Below are positions 37,106 through 49,419 of a stretch of 64,000 nucleotides of DNA, one piece after another (within the stretch, counting starts at the first letter, position 1; the number at the start of each line of letters is the position of its first letter). The notes under the pieces are model-generated. The model was not told the origin of the DNA, ran no database searches, and worked only from the letters and a program-made list of their open reading frames with translations. The position numbers were made by a program, and so were the translations under genes. The stretch comes from Stegostoma tigrinum. Taxonomy: Eukaryota. The DNA lies in the NCBI RefSeq assembly GCF_030684315.1, contig NC_081365.1:32019394-32083393 (forward strand), read 5' to 3'.

Positions 37106-38999
37106 CCTCATCAGTCCACCTGTTGCAGATGTATCCACCAATACAACAGTATTAGTAAAAATAGCTTGGAAACAGTAAGGACTGGAGATGCTGGAAGCTG
37201 GAGGCAATAAATGTAGACCTGGAAAAGGACATTTTGGGTTGAAACTCTGCTTCATCTCTCTCTCTTTCATGAAGTCAAAGAAAAATATTCATTTAGAACA
37301 CTGTTCACTCTTCAGCATCCATGCAAAAGTTACCATGTACTTTTCCGAATGGCCCAACTCTTTCCTTAGTCATCCTCTTGCTCTCAGAGAATGATAAAAG
37401 TTGCATGGCATGGATTCCAGACTAGATTGGCCTCTACCTTTAAGGCAATTACATGAAACACGACATGTGGCGTTTCAGTACAAAAGTGACTGGCTCTGCT
37501 GTGATCACTCTCACTGTGTAATGGGATCAGTTTGCGATATGCGTGGGTGTAATGTATAGTAACATCAGTGAGTATAGGATTCAGGTTATACATGTACATC
37601 TGTAATATCATGGCCTTGCAGGTGAAGTGGGGAAAGACCACTGAGGTCTTTCTGCAAAAATTAAATGGAGATCCCTTCAGTTATTGGATCCCCAAAGGCC
37701 TCAAATGCACATAAATATAATGTTATACATGTAAGAAATGCTTTTGTTTTGTTTGCTGGATAGATTCAAAATTCAACATTTGTTTCTCCACATACTACTG
37801 TACAGCCAAAGTGCTTAGTGACTATAGCTATCCAAATCAACAGAACTGAACTATCGATGGTATATGTTATGCAGGCTAATCATACAGTAAACAACAAACA
37901 CATCAAAATTCAATTACAAAAGCTTAGTGACCTCTAAGTTTAGTAATTGCACCAATAAGTTCAAAAATTTCACCACTCCCAACCACTGCAATAATAAAAC
38001 AGAATCAGAATTAGAATTGACAATCAGAATCATTTTCCCAGAGCTGTTAAGTCTAATACTAGGTAGCATGCATTTAAGGTGACAGGAGGAAAGTTCAAAG
38101 GAGATGTGAGGGGCAAGTTTTTTTACACAGAGAGGCAGGAGTCTGAAATGATCTGCCAGGGGTGGGTGGTGGAGGTACATACAATAGGGGCATTTTAAGG
38201 ACTTTTAAATATGTACATGAATATGTGAGGAATGAAGGAATATTAACCAAGAGAAACCAAGAAGGGGTCAGTTTAATTTAGCGTTATGTTTGGCACAACA
38301 AGAGGCCATTCCTGTGCTGTACAGTTCCATGTTCTATATTCTAATTCTGGGGAGCAGGATAAGCAGACAATCATAACCTGCCTGTTAAATTCAGAAGGAG
38401 CAGCATTGGACCTGAGTTGTGGCCATGATCAAAAGTAATTTAATTTAAATCCTTACACATCCCAGCCCACTCATCATTGTAGCTAAAATATAAGCTTTTA
38501 ATCTTATCAGGGCGAACACCCAGAGATAGCACACCAGCAGGATGTGGTGGTGTATCACATTCAGCAGTGCACAACTGTGCACAGGAAACAAGCTGAGTGC
38601 AGCATGGGTCAGTACTTCTCTTAGTCCTCCCAGAAATGAATGCAAACCTGTGAACAAAACATTTTTTCAAGTATGTCATTTTTTTTTCCTGGTTAAATTG
38701 TACAATACGTCTCAAGCTTACTGCTGATTTCCTTAAAGCAAAGTTTGACCTTATGAAGATTGATTTTATTCATCCAAGTCTCTCCTTTCTTTACTGTCTC
38801 TATGATGACTCTCATCCTTTTCCTGTTCACCTCTGATATTCTTCTTGGCCTTTCCCTACTTCTTAAATAAAAATTTTGGAAGGACTAGTACAATTTTGTT
38901 CAGCACGTTTTTTGGCCCCTATTTTCTGTGTTTTGCGCTCATCTTGGTTAGCTGAAAGAGTCTTTGTGAGTTGTTGCAGCAGAATTGTATTTAATCAGA

Positions 39000-41150
39000 A
39001 TCCATAGCCTCAAAGCCCAGCATATCTTCACTCTACCATTACTACCATGCTAGAGGATTGACCATGGTTCAATGAAAAGTGCAGAATTTCATTCAGGAGC
39101 ATATCCAAAAATGAAAGGTGTCAACATGATGAAGTTAAAAGGCAATAGTACTTGCATGCAAAAATAGCATAGGCAGTAACAGACAGGATTAAGCAATCCC
39201 ATCAGTAATGGATCAGGTGTAAACTCCAAAGGGTATCTGCATCCTCTACATTCTCAATGATAGGGCAGTCCATCATGGCAGCACAAAATACAAGATTGAC
39301 CCAATTGCGGTCACCTTCTGACCAGAAATGTCAAATGGACAATGTATCTTGGTGTCCTCCAGAGGTCCTCAGTAACACAGATGACAGCCTTCAGCCAAAT
39401 CAATTCACTCCACATGACGTCAGGAAGTGGCTGAATGCATAGGTCGGTGCAAAATCTTTGGGCCCTGGCAACATTCTGGCAATAGTATTGAAGACATGCT
39501 ACTAAACTAGCCATGCCCCTCGCCAAGCTGTAAATCCTGCACACATAAAGCAGCACAAATCCAAACTGACCAGTTGGCATCCCATCAGTCTAATCTTGAT
39601 CAACAGTATAGTGAGAGAAGGTATAACCACCAGTGTTATCAAGAGACACTTACTCAACACCAACCTGCTTACTGATGCTTAGTTTGTGATCCACCAGACT
39701 CTGCTAACCTCCGGCCTCATTATTGCCTTGGTCCAAATATGGGCTACAGACCCGAATTTCAGAGGTGAAATGAAGGTGCCTACCCTTGACATTGTTTGAC
39801 TGAGCATGGCATCAAGAAAAATTAGTAACTGGGAATTGGGGGAAACTCTTGTTGGAATTATTGTGAGAGCAAAAGGAAAATAATGTGGTTATTAGAAGTC
39901 ATTTGTCTCAACTCCAGGATTTTCTTACAGTAGTGTCCTAGTCCTTACCATCAATTCACCAATTGATGGTTCATCAAGTACCTTCTCTCTATCATGAAGA
40001 ATTAAGAAGCATATGGACGTACATGGAATAGTGTAGATTAGATGGGCTTGAGATCGGTATGACAGGTCGGCACAACATCGAGGGCCGAAGGGCCTGTACT
40101 GCGCTGTAATGTTCTATAAGTAAATTCATTCTAAATAGAGAAGAACATCAAAATACTTTGATGGAGAGGGATCTGGGAGTCTTTGTGCATGAATGGCAGA
40201 GAGCTAGTATGCAAGTACAACAGCTAATAAAAGGAGGTCAAATGGCATTTTAGCTTTTATTGCTAAAGGAAAGAAGACAAGAGGGTATTGTTGCAACTGT
40301 ACGAAGTGTTGATATGGCCACATCCATGGAGTATGTGTACAGTTTTGGTCCCCTTACTTGAGGAAAGATGTAATTGCACTGTAGGCAGTTCACAGACATC
40401 TCACTGGAGGCAGTAGATGCCAGGACACCAAAAACAGTGCCAGAAGGAGATAGACAGATTCTAAATTAGTAATGAGGTGAAGGGTTGTGGGGAGCAGGTA
40501 GGAAAAGGGAGTTGACTGGAATCTGAACTGGACTAGCCGTAAATAGCACTATGAGCCAGGTCAGACGTTAGGAATTCTATGATAAATAACCCAGCTCCTA
40601 TCTCCCCAAAGCTTGTGTAACATTTACAAGGCACAAGTCAGGAATTTGATGGGATACAATCCATATCCCAAATGACTGTAAGTTCGACAAACCTCAAGAA
40701 GCTTGACACTACCTGAGTCAAATCAAGCCCTTTGTACTCCATCCACCACCTTCAACACTCACTCTGTCCACCACTGGCACTCAATAGCCACAGTGCGACC
40801 ATCTACAAGAACCACTTCAGCAATCCACCAAGGCTTTTCAAACAGCATCTACCAAGTCCACAAACTTCTCCATGTCTAAGGACGAATGCAGCAGATGCAC
40901 GGGAAGACCACCACTGGCAAGATCTCCTCAAGCCACTCATCATCCAGGTTTGGAAATATATTGCTATTCCTTTTGGTGTCACTGGGTCAAGATCCTGAAA
41001 CTCTCCTCGTAATTGCATTTTGGGTGTACCTACATCATATGGGCTGGAGCAGTTCAAGAAAATATTTCACAACCACTTTCTCAAAAGGCAATTAGAGACG
41101 GGCAATAGATGCTGCGCTAGCCAGAGACACCCTCGTCTTGTGAGGGAATA
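39000..41150 (+). mobile_element. Degraded copy of the 14.5-17.3 kb LINE family interrupted by CR1 pieces (40005-40540)
   Basis: LQPNQFTPHDVRKWL, ccaccactggcaag...catccaggtttggaaatatattgc and the family 3' tail ggcaattagagacgggcaatag. Confidence 0.7.
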
Positions 41151-41349
41151 AAACAAAATTACAAGTAGACAGCAATGGCTGACTAAAGGGTGACACTGAG
41201 CTGGGTGGCTATGACACTCGGCTGGGTGGCAGTGTGTGCTGTGAGGAGGATGCTAAGTGGCTGCAGGGTGACCTGGACAGGCTGGTTGAGGGGGAAAATA
41301 CTTAGCAAATGCAATATAGTGTAGATAAATGTGAGTTATCCACTTTGGT

Positions 41350-42140
41350 AATGCAGACAAGTGTGAGGTGATGCACTTTGGTAGGACTAACTGGAAGGCA
41401 AAGTACAGGGCTAATGGTAAAATTCTTAGCAGTGTAGATGAGCAGAGAGATCTCGGTGTCCATGTACACAGATCCTTGAAAGATGCCACCCAGGTTGACA
41501 GGGCTGTTAAGAAGGCATACAGTGTTTTAGCTTTTATTAATAGAGGGATCGAGTTCCGGAACCAAGAGGTTATGGTGAAGCTGTACAAAACACTGGTGCG
41601 GCCGCACTTGGAGTATTGCATACAGTTCTGGTCACTGCATTATAAGAAGGTTGTGGAAGCTTTGGAAAGGGTGCAGAGGAGATTTACTAGGATGTTGCCT
41701 GGTATGGAGGGAAGGTCTTACAAGGAAAGGCTGAGGGACTTGAGGCTGTTTTCATTAGAGAGAAGAAGGTTGAGAGGTGACTTAATTGAAACATATAAAA
41801 TAATCAGAGGGTTAGATAGGGTGGATAGGGAGAGCCTTTTTCCTAGGATGGTGACGACGAGCACAAGGGGGCATAGCTTTAAATTGGGGGGTGAAAGATA
41901 TAGGAGAGACGCCAGAGGTAGTTTCTTTGCTCAGAGAGTAGTAAGGGAATGGAATGCTTTGCCTGCAACAGTAGTAGATTCGCCAACTTTAGGTACATTT
42001 AAGTCGTCATTGGACAAGCATATGGACGTACATGGAATAGTGTAGGTTAGATGGGCTTGAGATCGGTATGACAGGTCGGCACAACTTCGAGGGCCGAAGG
42101 CCCTGTACTGTGCTGTAGTGTTCTATGTTCTATGTTCTAT
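41350..42140 (+). mobile_element. Young CR1 with open 225-aa ORF2 C-terminus, nested in an older CR1 (41215-43240)
   Basis: ORF 41368-42045; (tgttcta)n tail; the host sequence ...tatccactttggt | ggcaaaaacaggaaggcagatt resumes after the insertion. Confidence 0.95.
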
Positions 42141-43251
42141 ATGGCAAAAACAGGAAGGCAGATTATTAACTCAATGGAGGCAGTTTAGGAAAAGGTGAGG
42201 TTCAACAAGACTTGGGTGCCATGGTGGAACAGTCACTGAAGGTTGGCATGCAGGTGCAGCAAGCGGTGAGGAAAGCTAAAGGCCTTTGTCACGACAGGAT
42301 TTGAATATCGGAGTAGGGATGGGTTTTCTGCAGTTATACAGGGCCTTGGTGAGGCCACACTTTGAGTATTGTGTGGAATTTTGGTGCCCTAGACTGAGGA
42401 AGGACATTCTTGCTATTGAGGGAGTCCAGCAAACCTTCAGTAGACTGAATCCTGGGATGGTAGGACTGACATATTACAGTGATTGGGATCTGGTGGATCC
42501 TGTTGACTTCTTGATTAGGGTTGTTAACCTGGGACAATCAGGAAAGCCTTGATCTGGTGATGGGAACCACCTCAGTGCAGTTATTTTACACAAGAATAAA
42601 GTCTAGGGTGACTGGATTTGTACCCACTGGAATTTAGAAGTATGAGGGAGGATCCCATAGAAACATATACAATCCTGATGGGACTGGGCAGACTAGATGT
42701 GGGCAGAGTGTTCGTGATGTTGGGGAAATCCTGAAGTAGGGCGTCACAGTCTAAGAATAAGGAGTAATGCATTCAGGACTGATATGAGGAAGAGTTTCTT
42801 CACTCAGAGTTGTGAACGTGTGGAATTCTCTGCCTGGTCTGAAAGGTTTGAGTTATAAGGGTAGGCTGGATAGGCTGGGATTTCTTTTCAGGGTAGGAGG
42901 TTGAGGGGTGACCTTATAAAGGTTGATAAAATCATGATGGGCGCAGATAAGGTGAATAGCAAAGATCGTTTTTCTAGGGTGGGAGAGTTCAGAACAAGAG
43001 GGCTTATTTTTAAAGTGAGGGGAGAAAGATATAATCGGGACCTGAGGGGCAACTTTTTCATGCAGAGTCCAGTTTATTTGTGGAATGACCTGCCACAGGA
43101 AGTGATAGATACTGGTAAAGCTACAATATTTAAAAGACATTTGGATAGGTGCATGAATAGGAAAGGTCTAAATAGATATGGGCCAAAAGCAGGCAAGTGG
43201 GACTAGTTTAGCTTGGGAAACAGGTCAACATGGGCAGATTGTTTCTGTGCT

Positions 43252-43753
43252 AACAAAGTGTGTAGCTGGATGAACACAGCAGGCCAAGCAGCATCTTAGG
43301 AGCACACAAGCTGACATTTCGGGCCTAGACCCTTCATCAGAAAAGGGGGATGGGGAGAGGGTTCTGAAATAAATAGGGAGAGACTATGTTCATCCAGCTC
43401 CACACTTTGTTATCTTAGATTCTCCAGCATCTGCAGTTCCCATTGTCTCTGATACAGTTTTAACCTCACTGCAAAGCCTCTTCCAGGGATGCCTAAACTG
43501 AAGAAGTTACCCTCCTCCCGCTGGACAAACCTCAGGGGATCTCTCTCCCACTGCCTCTATCCACCTTCGGTCCGCCCTCCCCTCTCTCCCTATTTATTTC
43601 AGAACCGTCTCCCCATCCCCCTTTTCTGATGAAGAGTCGAGGCCCGAAACGTCAGCTTTTGTGCTCCTAAGATGCTGCTTGGCCTGCTGTGTTCATCCAG
43701 CTCTGCATTTTGTTATCTCGTATTCTCCAGCATCTGCAGTTCCCATTATCTCT
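43252..43753. mobile_element. Penelope-derived inverted-repeat element inserted in a CR1 3' tail
   Basis: 13-bp TSD ttgtttctgtgct at 43239-43251 and 43754-43766; hammerhead core at 43626. Confidence 0.88.
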
Positions 43754-44749
43754 TTGTTTCTGTGCTGTATGACTCTATGATATAGTGTGTCCTATATAAG
43801 GTAAGGTTACCATAATCCCAGGACACCTTACAGCTACTCTCTTAGAGAGATGGAAAGAACTGCCCTGTAGATTAAATAGTAAAACTTTTAATATAGCAAG
43901 GTCCCAATATACTTTGTAGGTAAATTATCAACAAAATTTGACACTGAGCCAAGGCAGGAGATTTTAGAGCTGAAAAGCAAAATCTTGATCAAAGAGGTTA
44001 CGTGGGCAGTGTCAAGTGATGGATGGGTAATCATTCAGATTCGCAGTTTTAAATGTTGTTTCAAACATAATGTAATGTTAATTATGATGTAGAGCCTGGT
44101 TGCACATCAAAAATAATCATAATGATTGAGAAGACAAAAGTTGCAATTAATGGATGCAAATAATGACAATGAAGAAACAAGATAAAGGAAATTGGCTGAT
44201 CTCTGATCTTATGATTCCAGATCAAAAATTGCTTTGATTCAGATTGTGAGGTTGTAGGTTAGAAGTAGTGTAGGCATCGTTACAGGTTAAGAGTAACAAT
44301 ATCATAAAGGCCAAAGGATATGGTCGTTCTGATGAAGTGGATCATGTAATTGGCTGTAAATGCTTTGACCAAATTGTAGATGGACATTGCCTTATGCATT
44401 ATCCACCACTCTACAGGAAATCAATAGCGCCCATTTGATTAAGGGGCATGTTATACCAACCAGACTCTGAGCTGGATTTTCTGAGTAGTTGTAATCACAG
44501 TCAGAATGCCACTACACTGCTACTATTTCTGCCAAAACAGAGCTCTGCATTTCCAGCAGGAGATTCTAATCGATGTTCCTTCAAGAATGTGGAGTGTGTT
44601 GTAAATGCTGCTGTGTGTTCGTGGTACAGGATGGTGAGGAAGCTGAATTACAACCCCCTTTACACAGCAGTGATTGCTGCATTCTCTGATTTAAATATTC
44701 AGCCATACAGACAGCCACTTTAACAGCTCCTGGGAAAGGGTACGTATGC

Positions 44750-45250
44750 AATTGGGTGTGTGGCTGCTGTGGGGGTGGGGGCAAGTGTGGTTAGGTGCTG
44801 GGGGGGGGGGGGTCACAGTGCCAGATGAATAGGGTGTCAGGGTGCAAGGTGAATCAGGTGCCTGATACATTATGAAGTGTTCAAGGGTAGGTGCAGGTGA
44901 GCAAAGTATGTCGTGACTGGCAGTGTGGGGCGTGTCATGCCCAGCCAGGGATGGAGGGAGGGTTGAGTCTGGTGGTGGGAAAAGGTGGGGAAGGAGATGG
45001 AATTAGGCCCCAGGGAGAGGCTGTGCTAATGCTAAATAGTGAAGGAAGGTTCTCAGATCCTAGAGGAAGAGATGGGTGTTGGCAGGGGTCAAAGGGGGAA
45101 CAGTGTGTCGGGTTCAGTAGTGGGAGATGTAGTGTCAATGGGAAGGACAGGTGTTGAGTCCTGTGGGGTAAGAGGGGTTGTCGGGTCTTGGGGCAGGGTG
45201 GGTGTTTGGTCAGGGGTAAGGGGTTTTGGGAAGTTGGACGTGGGAAATTC
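44750..45250. repeat. G-rich low-complexity tract
   Basis: Strong G/purine skew with GG/GGG runs; a similar tract lies at 56850-57290. Confidence 0.6.
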
Positions 45251-45574
45251 ATGGTCAATTTAGTAGTTATACAGGAGTTAGATTACATTTTTCATCTTCT
45301 AATATTTCCCTGAGTAAATAACAATGATACTGGAGCACACCGTATTCTGTGATTCAAATGGATTCTTTCAGAAGGGTTCCAGACGCAGGAGAATTGCTCA
45401 TTGGAATCTTCAAATTCCTGGGCAATTCCCTCAGAGTCTGCTATATCAGGGATTTTACAGGATTCTGGTGCACAGCTCCCACTTACACCATGGAAACAAC
45501 TATCTGGTCAATGGAAAATCCAGGCCAGTGTCTGAAATTGTTTGTCTGAGAGAGACAACATTACGTTCCCAATA

Positions 45575-46265
45575 GGAGTCCAGCAGAGGAAGTGTAATTT
45601 GGATGTGAAACAAGAAAAAACCTGCTGATATTCGCTGCTCACAACATGGTCTCCTCTACACGAGGGAGATGAAGTGCAGACCGTGAACCCACTTTGCTGA
45701 ATACCTACGTTCTGTCTGCTTAAAGGACGCTGAGCTTCCAGTTGCCTGCCGCTTCGACCCAACACTGTGTTCCATAGCAAACGTCTCTTTCTCAGGCTTG
45801 CTGCAGTGCTTTGGAGAAGCTCAGTGCAAGTTGGAAGAACAGCATCTCATTTTCCATTTGGGAACCCTGCAGCCTTCTGGACTCAATATTATCAGGTTCA
45901 ACAACTTTAGGACTTGAGCACCTTCTCCCATGTCCTACCCCTAACACTCACATACCAGGCCTTGTCATCACAAAGGCTGCTGCCACACAACATATTTTTA
46001 GCCTGATGACCCCCATTAGCAGTTAATCATTCCGTCACGCTGAACTTTACCCATTCCTTTGTCTCTTATCTCTGTCTCTGGGTTCCATCTCCACCTATCA
46101 TTACTTCTCAAGCCTCCCTCCACCTATCTTTGGCACATGTACCAAATGTTTCCCAGCTCCAATCAGTTCTGAAAATGGGTCACTGGACCTGAAAAGTTAA
46201 CTGTGCATTCTCCCCACAGAGGCTGCCAGGCCTGTTAAGTTTTTCCAGCAATTCCTGTTATTAGT
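45575..46265 (+). mobile_element. Penelope-like element 3' part (GIY-YIG endonuclease remnant plus pLTR)
   Basis: CSQHGLLY...HFAEYLRSV...LPVACRF...KLEEQHLIFHLGTLQPSGLNI; degenerate hammerhead cagttCTGAAAA...GAAAagttaactg at about 46163-46203. Confidence 0.85.
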
Positions 46266-46394
46266 TACTAATTTGGATGCGTTTCTATGTCTCAAGCATT
46301 TAAAGTTCTGTTTGAATATATCTGCATACAGATATGGGGAAATGCTAGAATAACCATTGAGGGATGGTGAACATGAATATGGATTTTATTCAAA

Positions 46395-47030
46395 CATAGG
46401 AATTTGGGAAGTGGGAGTTAGTCGTATACAATTTGACCCATTGAGCCTGTTTTGCCACTAAACTAGGTCAAAGTCAATCTTCAAATTCAATGCCATTTTC
46501 CCACATTATTCCCACATCCCTTGATATCTTTAATATCTGTCAATCTCTGCCTTGAATATACTGAATGACTGAGCATACATCCACAGCCCATGGGTTAGAG
46601 AAATCCAAAGATTTCTTCCACATCTCAATCCTTGATGATCCATCTCACACTGAGACTGTGTCCCCGAACTTTGAAAGTTTTAATGAAATCACTTCTGATT
46701 TGTCTTAACACTTTAGAACACAGATCCAATGCCCTTAATCTCCCCTCAAAGTATAATCTTGCCATTCCAGGAATCAGGCTGTTGAACTTTCAGTGAACTT
46801 CCTCCAATGCAAGTATATAATCTTCCATGGGCCTGGAGACCATGATTATACAAAATATTCCAGATGTAGAGTTTCACCAAAGCTTTATACAATTGCAGAA
46901 AAACTTCTTAACACCTGTACTCAAATCCTTAGATGATAAAAGCCTCTTAATTACTTGCTGCTTGTTAGCTTTCAGTGACTTAAAGCAAGACTCCCAAATC
47001 CCTTTGGACATCAACACTTCTCAAGAAATA
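46395..47030 (-). mobile_element. Old CR1 3' fragment
   Basis: Reverse complement of CR1 3' UTR and ORF2 end. Confidence 0.6.
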
Positions 47031-47107
47031 ACCTTGACATTGGCGTAAATTTAGAGTGGGTTTTTGTCAGTGCAAACTCGATGTGCCTGTACTGCATGAT
47101 TCTATGA

Positions 47108-47156
47108 TGCGTGTGTGTATGTGTGTGTGTGTTTGTGTGCATGTGTATGCGTGTGC
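47108..47156. repeat. Imperfect (TG)n microsatellite
   Basis: gcgtgtgtgtatgtgtgtgtgtgtttgtgtgc. Confidence 0.8.
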
Positions 47157-49419
47157 ACAGTCGCACCAAGCTACTCAAGTTACCATGGGGTCACTTTCTG
47201 CCAGAGGCTGACCAAGTGACCGGGATCCAGCAGTCCTCTGGGTGCCTGCAACCTGACACCTTTCTTCATTGAGTTGCAAAGACCGAGTGATGATGTGCTC
47301 CCTCATTGCCCCCCTGAATCTAATCTGAAAAAAGAGAACCCACTAGGATGCCATCCCTTAAACTGCTAGAGGGTGGACAAAACAGCCTTACAAATGCTTC
47401 CTCTGAGGGATCTGTGATTTCTTCTTTGGAGGTGAAGGAGTCGCTGATAGAATGGAAGAGGGATGTTGGGAATGGGAGGGGGTGGTGCTGCTGTGCTTGT
47501 ACCAAACCTGGTGTTTGCACGAGGGAAGAGAGGCCATGAGGTGTTCAGTAGGGACAGAAGTGTAAGCATTGTCAGAATAAATTTACACGGTGATGGTAAT
47601 GACATATCATGTCTCACAGTGGAGCTTACTGTGTGGCTTGGACATGAGCAGCACAGTTTCCTGGCCCCCATGAGAACTTCACTCAGGCTGAGTGTAGGAT
47701 TGCAGGAGAGAACTCACTGTGAGCCATGACAAAACACTTCATGAAACATCCTGAAAATGACACTTTGCCAAAATATAGGAAGGTGCAATCCAAGGTCTGG
47801 TGTTTAAGGGATTGTTATAATTGTTTCTTTTAACCAGCCTGAGGAGGTATGGACTTGATATTTTTAAGATATTTTCAGACATCTTTATATACCCTTAATG
47901 GAAGCCGTGTGCTTGAGAACGGCCTCTTGGATTTGTGTACTGGGACTCATATGCACGAGCATAATTTTGCAGAGACAGTGCACTCCTCCCACCTCAGAAC
48001 AATGTCCAGTGGATGCTGCTCGGCCCCAGCAACATGTTGCAGACTATGTTTTACATAAAGACAGTGAATACTTTTGGTTGAGACATTAATTTGAGGCATT
48101 AATTATCTTCTCAAATGGAGATGAAAGAAGCCACATCAATGCTTCGAGGAAGAATAGGCAACTTGGCTATTTTATAAGTTAATGGTTCTGAAATAGTCAA
48201 TATTAAAGCCGTTATTAAGGTTCACCCAACCTGCTAACATCACATAACCTTTGGGTTAAGAAGTAGTCCAACAGAATGCCTGAATGGATACAAAAGTGTT
48301 ACTACTGGCTTCAGCTGGGCTGTGTAATTATGCCTAGCCAGGCAATGTAACTTGTATTTAATGCAATTATATAAAATTGGCATCTTTAAAATGAGTGCTT
48401 CCTCTCACTAAGACTCAGTATTGTATGCTCCACTGCTGTTCATACAAGGCTGGTAGACTCAGCTGAGACAGGAGAATTTGTACCCCATCAGCTTAACCAT
48501 GTGTTACTTTGAAGTGGATAGAAATGTGGATTAGTGTCACCACCTTACTTCAATCAAAAAGAACTACACACCTCATCAAAGGACAGGGTGATCAGCGGTG
48601 GAATCATTGTGAAAATAACTTAATGTAGCATCACCTAGGGAAAAAAATCCATACAATCAAGGAGGGTATTTAAGAAAAATGAGTTTACCAGTTTATGAAT
48701 GAGGTCATTTTAAGATATCGCAACGAGCAACTAAAAGTATGTAATTAGGGAAAAGGTGAGCAGTCCTCTTGGAAGTAGCAGCAGGGCAAAAGCAGCATTT
48801 CAGATGAAAATCTTCACTGCCAAGATGGTAAGAGTCATAAACAGAGTGGGCTAAGATAAGCACACTCATATAGGGAAGTTACAGAGTCCTTACAGAAGGA
48901 AGATTTGGAGGAGGAGTTCAAAACTCCGTGAGTAAAGTTAGAAATTCAATCAGGAAAAGAGGAAGAGCTTCTAAATAATTATTTCAAAAGGCAATGTTGG
49001 GAAAGATAGAAGATGAAAAGAAGTTACCCTTCAAACATGTTCCATGAAACAGGGCTACATTGAACAAGAAAAAGGTCCAGAGATTTTTTTTAAGATCCTC
49101 AATCTCGAGCAAGTCACCCTTCAGTCATCTCAGATCTATTCTTATAATTTGAAAACTAGGTTTAAGTTTAAGGAGGTCATGCAAAGAATTTAAGGTTTGT
49201 AATAAACTGGGACATTAATAACTTAACCTGTGATTTTGGTGTGAAGATTTGTTAAGACCGTAGCTACGGAAGATTATTTTAAGAAATGTGCAAGGGGCAG
49301 GTATTGTGTTTTGCATTGTGAAATTTGGGAAAATGTCTATGTTTTCTTGAAAAGAAGGAAATCTCCCTAATGTCTGCAGAAAATGGGAAGGCTGGCAGGA
49401 AACAGGCAACCAGACCATA

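Noticed and set aside
41368-42045. Longest ORFs (225 aa here; 180 aa at 33561-34103) as host genes
   Set aside because: They are CR1 ORF2 C-termini.
47898-48089. Short ORF with a hydrophobic N-terminus (MEAVCLRTASWICVLGLIC)
   Set aside because: No recognisable domain, a weak donor and no partner exons.
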